NCBI GenBank assembly: GCA_947590905.1 | Contig: CANQCU010000004.1 | Location: 16,591 to 80,590 of the forward strand | Length of the DNA stretch: 64,000 nucleotides | Direction: 5' to 3' | Source of the DNA: an uncultured Clostridia bacterium | Lineage (GTDB): Bacteria; Bacillota; Clostridia; TANB77; CAG-508 | In this document: positions 10,057 through 18,982 of the stretch, one piece after another | How positions within the stretch are numbered: position 1 is the first letter of the stretch | How the letters are laid out: each line of letters starts with the position of its first letter | Position numbers and translations under genes: made by a program | Notes under the pieces: model-generated | The model's input: only the letters and a program-made list of their open reading frames with translations | Told to the model about the DNA's origin: nothing | Database searches by the model: none

Positions 10057-10884
10057 ATGGATGCAAATGATAGTTTAAGAGTTCATTCTTTTGAAAGTTT
10101 TGGTACTGTTGATGGTCCTGGTATAAGATATGTTATATTTCTTCAGGGATGTCATCTAAGATGCAAGTATTGCCAAAATAGGGATACTTGGGAAGAAAAT
10201 ACTGGAAATATTATTCCTATATCCGAAGTTGTTCAAACTATTTTGAAGTATCAAAGTTATATTAAGCCTTCTGGCGGAGGTGTTACTGTTTCTGGTGGAG
10301 AACCTTTGCTTCAAACTAGAGCTTTGATTTCTCTATTTAAGGAATTAAAAAAGTATGATATTAATACTGCAATAGATACTTCTGGTATGTTTAGTTTGAC
10401 TGATGAAGTAAAGGAATTAATTGATTTAACTGATTTGTTTTTACTTGATATTAAACATATTGTTCCTGCTAAGTCAAAGGAGCTTGTTGGCTTTTCGAAT
10501 GAGCTTGAAATTGAATTTGCAAAATATTTAAGTGATATAGGAAAACCTATGTGGATAAGGCAGGTCTTAGTTCCAGGATATACTGATTCCGAAGAAGATT
10601 TGCTTAAGTTAAAGGATTTTCTTTCTACTTTAAAGACTGTTCAAAAGGTAGAAATTTTACCTTATCATGATTTAGGTAAATTTAAATGGGAAAATTTAGG
10701 TCTTAAATATCCTTTATTTGATACAAGAACTGCTACTCAGGAAGATTTTGAAAGAGCTAAAAATATTTTACGGAATTTAATGTATAGATATAATCTTGAA
10801 ATTTTATGTATACTGTGTTATAATAGGTTTCAACCTATTGTAGGTTTTAAACCATTTTTCATTTATAGGAATTGGTTATTTTAA
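10057..10884 (+). CDS. pflA: pyruvate formate-lyase activating enzyme (radical SAM); the native last 3 codons are replaced by a 37-residue tail read from inserted DNA
   Basis: CxxxCxxC radical-SAM motif (CHLRCKYCQN) and the GGGVTVSGGEPLLQ motif. The native 3' end (…AKNILRNLGLD*) survives as a displaced copy at 11473-11601. Confidence 0.85.
   Translation: MDANDSLRVHSFESFGTVDGPGIRYVIFLQGCHLRCKYCQNRDTWEENTGNIIPISEVVQTILKYQSYIKPSGGGVTVSGGEPLLQTRALISLFKELKKYDINTAIDTSGMFSLTDEVKELIDLTDLFLLDIKHIVPAKSKELVGFSNELEIEFAKYLSDIGKPMWIRQVLVPGYTDSEEDLLKLKDFLSTLKTVQKVEILPYHDLGKFKWENLGLKYPLFDTRTATQEDFERAKNILRNLMYRYNLEILCILCYNRFQPIVGFKPFFIYRNWLF
10663..10779. repeat. 117-bp direct repeat, copy 1 (3' end of pflA); copy 2 at 11473-11589, about 91 % identical
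   Basis: Sequence alignment of tatcatgatttaggtaaat…aatattttacggaattta. The two copies bracket a 693-bp higher-GC insert. Confidence 0.8.
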
Positions 10885-10920
10885 GTCCCAAAGTTAGCAA
10901 AAAAAGATTGGAGGAAACTT

Positions 10921-11325
10921 TTGATGTTCAAGTATTACCTTAGAAGTTCATTTCCAACTTATGCGGGTCCGAGATCTAATAATATGTTTATTCGCTACAA
11001 GCGGATAGACCCAAATGACATTCCGCGCGATGTAACTTCCGGCGTTGCAAACCCCGAAATAGCTAGGGTTCTCTCTAATATTTTGGGCTTTGAGGTTCAC
11101 GCAGAACGGCTCGTAATAGCTCCTAGCAATGATAGCATTGTCTATGTAGCTAAATATACTGGGCCTAAAATTCCTAAGGGTGCAACTGCTGTTCCTTCTA
11201 GTGGTTATTTTGAATTCTTTGAAGTAACCACCAGAAAAGTCCATTGCTACAATTGTGGTGATTTTCCCACTCACTGCACTAACTGTAGTCATAGGCGGTG
11301 GTTTGCTGGGCAGAATCCTAACTAA
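10921..11325 (+). CDS. hypothetical Cys-rich protein (CxxC-x7-CxxC) encoded on a higher-GC foreign cassette
   Basis: A GGAGG ribosome-binding site precedes TTG/ATG, and an intrinsic terminator follows at 11355-11400. GC is about 45 % against about 27 % nearby. No family recognised. Confidence 0.3.
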   Translation: MMFKYYLRSSFPTYAGPRSNNMFIRYKRIDPNDIPRDVTSGVANPEIARVLSNILGFEVHAERLVIAPSNDSIVYVAKYTGPKIPKGATAVPSSGYFEFFEVTTRKVHCYNCGDFPTHCTNCSHRRWFAGQNPN

Positions 11326-11354
11326 TAGGCAAGAATCTTTACTAACTTTGGGCA

Positions 11355-11400
11355 AAATGAACCTACTTTGAGAAAATCAAAGTGGGTTCATTTTTTGTGT
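11355..11400 (+). terminator. intrinsic terminator (gaacctactttga-gaaaat-caaagtgggttc followed by TTTTTT)
   Basis: Hairpin with a T-tract immediately downstream of ORF 10921-11325. Confidence 0.5.
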
Positions 11401-11402
11401 AA

Positions 11403-11473
11403 TAGTAAATAATTAGATTTAATGCAAACATAGCAGTTATAATATAAATCCATTTTGATATTTTAATATCTTT
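11403..11473. repeat. 71-bp exact copy of an internal coding segment (21806-21876) of the GT-C membrane protein gene
   Basis: tagtaaataattagatttaatgcaaacatagcagttataatataaatccattttgatattttaatatcttt is identical at both loci. Confidence 0.85.
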
Positions 11474-11589
11474 ATCATGATTTAGGTAAATTCAATTGGA
11501 AAAATTTAGATCTTAAATATCCTTTATTTGATACAAGAACTGCAACTCAAGAGGGTTTTGAAAGGGCTAAAAATATTTTACGGAATTTA
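11473..11589. repeat. 117-bp direct repeat, copy 2 (displaced native pflA 3' end; the stop codon lies at 11599-11601)
   Basis: See the copy at 10663-10779. Confidence 0.8.
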
Positions 11590-11654
11590 GGATTAGATTA
11601 ATATGATTAGAATAATAAATTCTTATTATTCTTTGCTTATTTTAGATATAAAAC

Positions 11655-11686
11655 TGCCCCCTCTTGAATAAAGTCAAGAGGGGGTA
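11655..11686. terminator. strong GC-stem intrinsic terminator (ctgccccctcttga-ataaag-tcaagagggggtag)
   Basis: 13-bp perfect stem lying downstream of hisS (-) and of the pflA remnant (+). Confidence 0.7.
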
Positions 11687-11739
11687 GTTTGTTGAAGCCA
11701 CACAATTCGAGTAACTTCTAGATTCCCAGTAAAGTGCTA

Positions 11740-13059
11740 TCATAAATTGATAAATTTTCTTATACCTTCGTAATCAGTAAGGCAGAACTTGTACACATTT
11801 CCAGTATACATATTTTTCAATTGAATGGTATTACTCTGAAGCTCGTTTTCACCGATTACAATGACATATGGAATATTCATCTTATTAGCAAAATTCATGC
11901 TTTTTTTCAACTTCTGAACCCTTTTTTCCATCTCCGTTATCACTCCAACAGCTCTCATATTGGATACGAACTTAAACGTTTCAGCCTCTGTATTCATAGG
12001 AATTACATATAAGTCGACAGTAGCTACTTTTTTGTTGGATTCCTTTAAGATCAGAACTTCATAAATGACATCCAAACCAAATGACATTCCAACGGCAGGA
12101 TACTCATTTCCATCATCAACAAAACTTGTGATAATTTTATCGTATCTACCACCGCCACCGATACTCAAATTGAATTCCTGACTTCCAACTTTTCTGTCTT
12201 TGAGAAAAATTTCCCAGACAGTTCCTGTATAGATGTCAATACCTCTTGCTAAGTACGGTGCGAATCTCATACATGCGAGAGCCTCTGTTCCTTCGAGATA
12301 CCGATAAAGTTCATCTACTTCAGCCAGTCCTTCATTTACCAGTTCATTATCGTAGGATGCCATCTTTTCTCTAAGAGCCGTATAATCCAAACTTAAAATC
12401 TCTTTCAAAATTTTAACTTTAGACTTTTCAATTCCAATTGCCTCAAACTCTGTCAACAGCTCATCCTCTGTAAGTTTAGCAAACTTGTCAATCAACATAA
12501 TTGATTTCCTTAAAATATTTTCAGGAATTTCGCCAAAAACGCAGAAGATAATACCGCTTAAGAGTTTTCTGTTGTTGAACTCAATTTCAATGTCCAACCC
12601 AAGTTTCTTATAGACATCGTTTGTCATCATCATGTATTCAGCCTCAGCTAGAATACTTTTTACTCCAACAACATCAACATCACATTGCGTGAATTCCCTG
12701 TTTCTACCTACTTTAACTGGTCCATCTCTGAATACCTTGCCTATTTCATACCGTTTGAAAGGTAGGATAATATTAGGATTTGAGCTAATCAATTTTGAAA
12801 AAGTGATTGTCAAATCATATCTTAGTCCTAACTCTCTTCTCCCCTGATCGCTCAACTTGTAAGTTTCATTGAGAATATCAGCACCCTCTGAATATTTAGA
12901 TGCTAACAAGTCAAACTTACAGAGAATTGGCGTTTCCACAGGTGCAAAGCCGTATTTTATAAACTCGCTTTGCAAAACTGTTTTGATTCTTTCCCGAATA
13001 ATCTGTTTTTCGGGCAAGTAATCATATGTGCCTTTTAGGTTTTCAAAGTTTCTGCCCAT
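11740..13059 (-). CDS. hisS: histidine--tRNA ligase (class IIa) with C-terminal anticodon-binding domain
   Basis: HisRS motifs 1-3 (…GTYDYLPEKQ…, FKRYEIGKVFRDGPVKVGRNREFTQCD, GGGGRYD) plus the anticodon-binding domain. GC is about 38 %, higher than the flanks. Confidence 0.85.
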   Translation of the reverse strand: MGRNFENLKGTYDYLPEKQIIRERIKTVLQSEFIKYGFAPVETPILCKFDLLASKYSEGADILNETYKLSDQGRRELGLRYDLTITFSKLISSNPNIILPFKRYEIGKVFRDGPVKVGRNREFTQCDVDVVGVKSILAEAEYMMMTNDVYKKLGLDIEIEFNNRKLLSGIIFCVFGEIPENILRKSIMLIDKFAKLTEDELLTEFEAIGIEKSKVKILKEILSLDYTALREKMASYDNELVNEGLAEVDELYRYLEGTEALACMRFAPYLARGIDIYTGTVWEIFLKDRKVGSQEFNLSIGGGGRYDKIITSFVDDGNEYPAVGMSFGLDVIYEVLILKESNKKVATVDLYVIPMNTEAETFKFVSNMRAVGVITEMEKRVQKLKKSMNFANKMNIPYVIVIGENELQSNTIQLKNMYTGNVYKFCLTDYEGIRKFINL

Positions 13060-13134
13060 GATTATTACTCCTTTCTGAAAATCTTGAGAAATTTTATTAA
13101 AATTTCTCTATGTTATGAACAGCCTTACGCCCAT

Positions 13135-13163
13135 ATTATACAGCATTTCGAGGTTTCTGTCAA
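13135..13163 (-). promoter_or_regulatory. consensus sigma-A promoter of hisS (TTGACA, 17-nt spacer, TATAAT); no T-box leader present
   Basis: The reverse complement reads ttgacagaaacctcgaaatgctgtataat. Only about 100 nt of leader lie before the start codon, and there is no T-box (AATTAGGGTGGNACCGCG) motif. Confidence 0.55.
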
Positions 13164-13202
13164 TCTTATTTACATAATTTGTTGTCTAAAGATGTTGTAT
13201 TT

Positions 13203-14489
13203 TTACAAAACAATTGAATTTATATCATTTCTAAAATATAGATCATTCATATCTATGATATTAAAGTCATCTATAAGTTGTTTCTTTATATCTTCAAAAT
13301 TAGAACCGATTCTTCTTAATTCAAAAACTCTACCTCCAGATGGATATAATCTACCCTCTCGTTCTACTATATGTTCGCCTATAATTTCAGTATCTTGTGC
13401 TATTTTTTCTAAATTCATAATAGGTTCATTATAAATCTTTCTTTCTGTTTCTGGATATCCTGACGAAAAACCGCACATAGCAATAGATATTTTGTCTTTC
13501 ATCCAAAAATCCTGTATTTCATCAATATTGTTATAAAATGAATTAAACACTTCTATTAAAGGTATATCTAATAGGCCTAATAAAGCTATCCATTCTGGAT
13601 TTCCTGTTCTAGTATTATATTCCAAAACATATGGTTTGCCTTCTTCTGTAATCATTACTCCTATATATAATATATAATTATATTCAATTTGTTCATTTTC
13701 AAAGCCCTTTATTGTTGGTTCTATAATATCGTTCTTTAATCTTTTTAATAGTTTAGCAGGATATTTTTTAGATTCTGCAACCGATGCTGTACCAGCTGTC
13801 ATCGGTCCTTCATCATTAGGATATTTTCTTTTATAATCTTGTACCATTGGCATAATACTATATTTATTATTATTTATAAGTACATGTAGTGAAAGTTCAT
13901 GTCCTTTTATTTTTTCTTCTATTATAAGTTTAGCATTTGGCGTAGAATTAAATAATCTATAAATACTATTCTTTGCATCCTCTAAATCTTTCGGTACTGC
14001 TGTTCTTGCATATGAATTTTTTGAAAATTGCTCTACTTTTAATACATATCCATTTTTAGTCTTATTCCAATTTTTACTAATAAATCTAATTGCTTGTTCT
14101 TCATTTTGGGCAACATAATAATCAGGAGTAGGAATATTGTTTCTTTTCATAAATGCTTTTGAATATTCTTTGCTTGTTTCTAATCTTGCAACATCTTTTG
14201 AAATTCCAAAGACTTTATATCCTTTTGCTCTAAATAGTTCTGTTGCTCCTTTAGCAAGATCTGCTCTGTTACTTATAATTACTAAATCTGGTTTAAATGA
14301 GTTTGCGAATTTTATTGCTTCTTCAATATTTCTTACTCTATATACATTGTTATATTGTTTTTCCATTAAGGCATTTTCATTTTGTATTAATGAGCAAATT
14401 TCTATGTTAGGAGATTTCATTAGAGCTACATGATTTGCATGATCTCTTCCATTTCCTAATCCATATAATAATATTTTTTTATGTTTCAT
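13203..14489 (-). CDS. PurD-like ATP-grasp ligase (divergent phosphoribosylamine--glycine ligase homologue)
   Basis: Collinear with PurD: LLYGLGNGRDHANHVALMKSP against [21 protein letters not shown]; …FRAKGYKVFGISKDVARLETSKEYSKAFMKRNNIPTP; EYNTRTGNPE; SGGRVFEL. Key PurD substrate-loop residues diverge. It lies outside any pur operon. Confidence 0.6.
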   Translation of the reverse strand: MKHKKILLYGLGNGRDHANHVALMKSPNIEICSLIQNENALMEKQYNNVYRVRNIEEAIKFANSFKPDLVIISNRADLAKGATELFRAKGYKVFGISKDVARLETSKEYSKAFMKRNNIPTPDYYVAQNEEQAIRFISKNWNKTKNGYVLKVEQFSKNSYARTAVPKDLEDAKNSIYRLFNSTPNAKLIIEEKIKGHELSLHVLINNNKYSIMPMVQDYKRKYPNDEGPMTAGTASVAESKKYPAKLLKRLKNDIIEPTIKGFENEQIEYNYILYIGVMITEEGKPYVLEYNTRTGNPEWIALLGLLDIPLIEVFNSFYNNIDEIQDFWMKDKISIAMCGFSSGYPETERKIYNEPIMNLEKIAQDTEIIGEHIVEREGRLYPSGGRVFELRRIGSNFEDIKKQLIDDFNIIDMNDLYFRNDINSIVL

Positions 14490-14491
14490 TA

Positions 14492-15439
14492 TTAGTTCTC
14501 CTTTATAAAAGGTGGATATTCCTCATCTAACCATATAACTGGTGGTCCGTTTTTTAATTCTTCCTCATTTCTAATATATAAACCATCAAAATATCTTTTC
14601 TTTCCATCTGTTAAATCAATATGAAAAATTATTGGTAATGTTATTTCCTCTGGTTCAATAAAATCAGTAGGTTTTGCTATTTTTATGTATTCTACTTTAA
14701 AATATTTTAATGGCTCTTTTGTCAAACTTTTTTCAATCACTTCTTTGACTTTCTTTGCATTAGTCTCTCCAGATAATATTGCCTTTCTTCCTTCTTCACA
14801 TGCATCACTTAATCTTCTAAATTCTTTTATCTTCTTTTCTGGTAAATTCATTAATCTTGAGGATATTGCAATTCCACTTTTATACCTTACAGTTGGAACT
14901 TCTCTTACTATAATATCATCTTGAAACAAGTCCTTCAATGCTCGTTCAACCAAGATTACTTGTCCTATGTCTTTTAATCCCCAATAAGTCCTTGTTGGTC
15001 TTGTAAATAATATCCATCGAACACTCATTGTGATCATCCCCTTAAATAAATAAGGAACAGCAACTCCATTAAGTCTTTGATAGCATTCCCCTTGATCTAA
15101 ATATGTTCTAAAATCTTCTGGATATATTTCTTCTGTTTTAGGGCATATAATGTGAGTTGCTCCATGCTCTTCTGCAAATTTACAATCCTTATTAATATCA
15201 TATTCATAAGTTGAACCTGGAGCTAATTGAGCTACATTTGGATATATACTAATTACTGTACAATCATTTTCTTTTGCAGATAGTTCTATTAATTTGCCAT
15301 GTCCAATATGTAATGCACCCAAAGTATGTATAGAACCAATTGTTTTTCCTTGTTTGTGTAATTCTTTTAATCCTTCTTTAGCCTCTTCTAAAGAATTCCA
15401 TATAATTGCTGACATAATAATTTCACCTTTCTTCTTCAT
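14492..15439 (-). CDS. PanC-like ligase (pantoate--beta-alanine ligase family, divergent, with C-terminal extension)
   Basis: HIGH-type nucleotidyltransferase motif TLGALHIGHGKL, plus VISIYPNVAQL and IAISSR like PanC. The strongly conserved PanC segment GHFRGV…FGEKDxQQ is replaced. Confidence 0.55.
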   Translation of the reverse strand: MKKKGEIIMSAIIWNSLEEAKEGLKELHKQGKTIGSIHTLGALHIGHGKLIELSAKENDCTVISIYPNVAQLAPGSTYEYDINKDCKFAEEHGATHIICPKTEEIYPEDFRTYLDQGECYQRLNGVAVPYLFKGMITMSVRWILFTRPTRTYWGLKDIGQVILVERALKDLFQDDIIVREVPTVRYKSGIAISSRLMNLPEKKIKEFRRLSDACEEGRKAILSGETNAKKVKEVIEKSLTKEPLKYFKVEYIKIAKPTDFIEPEEITLPIIFHIDLTDGKKRYFDGLYIRNEEELKNGPPVIWLDEEYPPFIKEN

Positions 15440-16700
15440 CTTTTTCTGGATTTACATATATTCTTTTGTTCGGAGACCCTATTATTATGTTATCACTTGA
15501 ATTCAATGACTTAATTTTTATATCTTGTCCATTTTCTTCATTGCATCCTAATATTACTATATGTGTATAATCATCTTTTATCTTTTTTATTGCTTTTCCA
15601 ATATTTTTTATATTTCCTTTATATGCTACATTTTCTCCCATATTCTCTAACGCTTTTATAACTTTCAATACAAAATTTGGTGAGGCATCTATATTACATA
15701 TAGCAATTTTCCTTTTTATATCTTCTGTTAGTTTTAGTGGACTATTTCTTTCTATCGCTTCTACTCCTGATGCAACACTCCAAAAATTTTTTATTTTTTC
15801 ATTCCATCTTCTTGCATATCTTGTATATTCTCCTCCATCTCCTAAAGCAATTCCATCTAAAGTTCTAAATCGTAAAAGATATGTATCTATTGTTTCGATA
15901 CTATGTAAGTCTGTTGGATCAAAATATATATCAACACCTGTAATATAATTCAAACCTTCAGCCATTTTATATAATTTCATATATTCTTCTGGTAAATTCA
16001 GATTATTTTCTTTTTTATATTTAAGACTTATTATTCTTGGTTCTTGACTAAATAAATCTATTAATTCATTACATCTTCCTTCATCTTTTATTAATTGTTG
16101 AAATATTTGTATTCGTTCATCCCTTGAAGAAAATTGTAGTGTATGCAATAATTGTGCCAACTCATTTTCAGATACATATTTACTCAAAATATTTCTTAAA
16201 GCGCCATAATCATTAATATGTATTTTGGTTTTTATACCATTTGCGTCAAATAAATCTGTCATAGATTTTGCAAGCTGTATTAGATTAATATCTAAACTTT
16301 CATCCTCAGACGGTTTTTCATTAATAATTGAATACCCCAATTGTGTAAAATGTCTCGAATGACTATTTCTGTATCTAAATAATGGTGCTACAAATGCTAT
16401 CCTCTGTGATTCACCATTGCTATTTGTTACATAATTTCTAAATACAGATGGTGTTGAATCACATGATAGAATAAGTGCTTTTCCAGATTTGCTATTTAAA
16501 GTATAAACCTTATCTTTTGCTGTATTTGCCCCTCTAATAAATGTTGAACTATATCCAAGTGGAGAATATTTTTTTAATGTGCATCCTATTTTTTCTCCAC
16601 ATTTAGCATGAAAATCTAATATTCTTCTTTCTCTCTTTATCCATTCTTCTTCTCTGTCATACATTCCATGAGGTAATCGCAAATATTCTTCATAACTCAT
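15423..16700 (-). CDS. HisRS-catalytic-core-like protein (class II aaRS / HisZ-like paralog, no anticodon-binding domain)
   Basis: Motif-2-like FVAPLFRYRNSHSRHFTQLG and motif-3-like GDGGEYTRY. It lacks the HisRS C-terminal domain. Confidence 0.5.
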   Translation of the reverse strand: MSYEEYLRLPHGMYDREEEWIKRERRILDFHAKCGEKIGCTLKKYSPLGYSSTFIRGANTAKDKVYTLNSKSGKALILSCDSTPSVFRNYVTNSNGESQRIAFVAPLFRYRNSHSRHFTQLGYSIINEKPSEDESLDINLIQLAKSMTDLFDANGIKTKIHINDYGALRNILSKYVSENELAQLLHTLQFSSRDERIQIFQQLIKDEGRCNELIDLFSQEPRIISLKYKKENNLNLPEEYMKLYKMAEGLNYITGVDIYFDPTDLHSIETIDTYLLRFRTLDGIALGDGGEYTRYARRWNEKIKNFWSVASGVEAIERNSPLKLTEDIKRKIAICNIDASPNFVLKVIKALENMGENVAYKGNIKNIGKAIKKIKDDYTHIVILGCNEENGQDIKIKSLNSSDNIIIGSPNKRIYVNPEKDEEER

Positions 16701-16721
16701 TTATTTTCCTCTTTTCTCTAT

Positions 16722-17753
16722 TTAGGCATTTACCTCTATTGTTGATTTTTTTTCTTGTTCATTGCCATCAGATTTTCCATTTCTTTTTTGTATGTAAGAC
16801 ATTATAATTGCTACAATTATACATGCTCCTGCAACATATTTTCTCATATTTCCCATTGTCGTCCACAATCCCATAACACCCATAGGAATAACCCAATTCC
16901 ATACTGCAATAGCCAAAAGTGAAATAATTGTTCCCCACTTTTTATTAGCAATTTTTTGAATACTTACTATTGCAGCATCTGCTGTTGATAGAGCAACACA
17001 TAAAACAACAAAAATTAATATTGCATTCATTATTCCATTAAACTTAAACTTTGCAAGAACTCCTATGAAAGCCATATAAATAGCAAATAGCACTCCTGCT
17101 AAATAATGTGCTTTCATTTTTTTCTCTTTCTTTAACTTTTCTGCCATCTGCCAATTTTGTATACACATAATTGGTCCTGAAAATAGTATAAAGCATGAAT
17201 TTAAAGCCCAGAATATCTCACTTTGGTTCGTATAATTCACAATATCATATGTTTCTACATTTCCAACAAAACCACATATTATCAAAATAATAAGTAATAA
17301 ATAGCATAAAATCCATAGAGGATTATCTATAAAAATACTTTTTATTAGTCCATTCTTATATAATGCCACTGTCATAAAGAATATAATAGTAACTGATACA
17401 ATTTTAGATGCTATTTCTGTCATAAATGATAAATTGCATAAATATTGATATATAGCATTTAGTTGAATCCATAGACAAAATATACTAACTATAGTTGTAA
17501 AAATCATAACAATTTTGGAATTTACTACCCTTTCTAAATTCGGTATTCTATAGGCTATAAAACCAAATAATGGTATTGCTAATGAATTTGCTAATGCCCA
17601 GATTACAAATGGTATTATTCCTTTGGTTTGCATTGTTTCCATTCCTACTACTAAAGACGTTCCCCAAGCCCAACTAGCAGCTAGAGACATTGCATAAAAT
17701 AAAGTTGAATTTTTCTTTAACATGTTTTTCATAATTTCTATCATTCCTTCCAT
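16722..17753 (-). CDS. polytopic membrane transporter (about 10 TM), family unassigned
   Basis: Hydrophobicity pattern of the 343-aa translation. Confidence 0.4.
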   Translation of the reverse strand: MEGMIEIMKNMLKKNSTLFYAMSLAASWAWGTSLVVGMETMQTKGIIPFVIWALANSLAIPLFGFIAYRIPNLERVVNSKIVMIFTTIVSIFCLWIQLNAIYQYLCNLSFMTEIASKIVSVTIIFFMTVALYKNGLIKSIFIDNPLWILCYLLLIILIICGFVGNVETYDIVNYTNQSEIFWALNSCFILFSGPIMCIQNWQMAEKLKKEKKMKAHYLAGVLFAIYMAFIGVLAKFKFNGIMNAILIFVVLCVALSTADAAIVSIQKIANKKWGTIISLLAIAVWNWVIPMGVMGLWTTMGNMRKYVAGACIIVAIIMSYIQKRNGKSDGNEQEKKSTIEVNA

Positions 17754-17761
17754 TTTTTTAA

Positions 17762-18760
17762 TTAATTTTTAATATTTATAGAAATTTTTTTATCATTTGC
17801 AATTATATTAGCCTCTCCTCCTATCGGAAAAGTAAAAATCGGAGTAGTATGACCAATATCAGCATTAATTATAATTGGAATATTTTTTAATTGTTTTTTT
17901 GTATCAATGATTTCCTTCCATTTTTCTTTATTCATTTCTGAAATACTTTCTGCTCTTCCTATTACTATTCCATTTATTTTCTTACCTTTTGCAGAATGTA
18001 ATAACGATTGAAGATTTCTATCAAATTCATTTATGAATACTTTATCCGTTTCCCCATCATCTTCTATAAATAATATTGAATTACTTAAATCAGGCATATA
18101 TTCAGTTCCTTGTAGCAAATTTAATGTGCAAAGATTTCCACCTATAATTTTTCCAGTTCCACTTCCATACTGTATTGCTTCCATTCCTTTATTATTTATA
18201 AATTTTCTATCTTCCTGATTTTTCATCCATTTATCATTACTCCATAATTTTGAAGATTTAATTTCTATTTTTTCTTCTTCTATAAAAATTTTCTTAAAAT
18301 ATTCTATTGTATATTCTAAACCATATTTCATACCAAAACTAAAAAATTGTGGACCCGAATATGTTATTAAACCAGTTTTAGAATATATCGCATTAACTAA
18401 GGCTGTGTTATCAGAAAATCCACATATAATTTTAGGATTATTTTTAATCAAGTCATAATCAATGTAATCTAACAATTGATTTACATTATATCCACCAATA
18501 GCAGTAAGTATTGCTTTAACGCTTCTATCTTTAAAAGCATCATGCAAATCTTCTATTCTTTCATTTATAGTTGCACATTTTAAATCATTATTCGAAATTT
18601 TTAATGAATTTTTCCCAAATGTAACTTTAAATCCTATTTCTTCCAATCTTGCTTTTGCTAAATTAACTATATCATCTTTCAGAATAGCCATGCTTCTTGA
18701 TGGAGCAATAATTCTAATTTCATCACCTTTATTTAATTTTGATGGAATTATCTTTTTCAT
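17762..18760 (-). CDS. S66-family serine peptidase (LD-carboxypeptidase LdcA / microcin-C immunity MccF family)
   Basis: Nucleophile motif GFSDNTAL and C-terminal GHTTPIFTFPIGG. LdcA and MccF cannot be told apart from sequence alone. Confidence 0.65.
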   Translation of the reverse strand: MKKIIPSKLNKGDEIRIIAPSRSMAILKDDIVNLAKARLEEIGFKVTFGKNSLKISNNDLKCATINERIEDLHDAFKDRSVKAILTAIGGYNVNQLLDYIDYDLIKNNPKIICGFSDNTALVNAIYSKTGLITYSGPQFFSFGMKYGLEYTIEYFKKIFIEEEKIEIKSSKLWSNDKWMKNQEDRKFINNKGMEAIQYGSGTGKIIGGNLCTLNLLQGTEYMPDLSNSILFIEDDGETDKVFINEFDRNLQSLLHSAKGKKINGIVIGRAESISEMNKEKWKEIIDTKKQLKNIPIIINADIGHTTPIFTFPIGGEANIIANDKKISINIKN

Positions 18761-18905
18761 TTTTCAACAATTCCTTTCGTTTAATATAAAAACATTTATA
18801 TTATATCACCACTTCTTCTTTTATGTCAACTTTTTAGTCGAATATGTTGTGATTTTGCCTCATTTTTATAAATTCACATTAGCCTCATTTTTTATAAATT
18901 TACTA

Positions 18906-18957
18906 TTGTATGTATTATATATTTGTGATATAATGTGTCAAATGCTAGACAGCATTT
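18906..18957 (+). promoter_or_regulatory. promoter (TTGTAT, 17-nt spacer, TATAAT) with an operator-like perfect palindrome AAATGCT-agac-AGCATTT abutting the -10, upstream of the GNAT gene
   Basis: Hexamers at 18906-18911 and 18929-18934. The 7-4-7 inverted repeat sits at 18940-18957. Confidence 0.4.
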
Positions 18958-18982
18958 AATCTTTATGAAAGGACAGATTACA

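Noticed and set aside
10948-11355. Minus-strand 135-aa ORF inside the foreign cassette
   Set aside because: It lies entirely antisense to the plus-strand ORF, which has the ribosome-binding site and terminator. It has no ribosome-binding site and no recognisable domain.
17762-18760. Calling the S66 peptidase specifically MccF (microcin C immunity)
   Set aside because: LdcA and MccF share the same fold and the GxSDxTAL nucleophile motif, and the sequence alone cannot discriminate them. The family-level call is kept.
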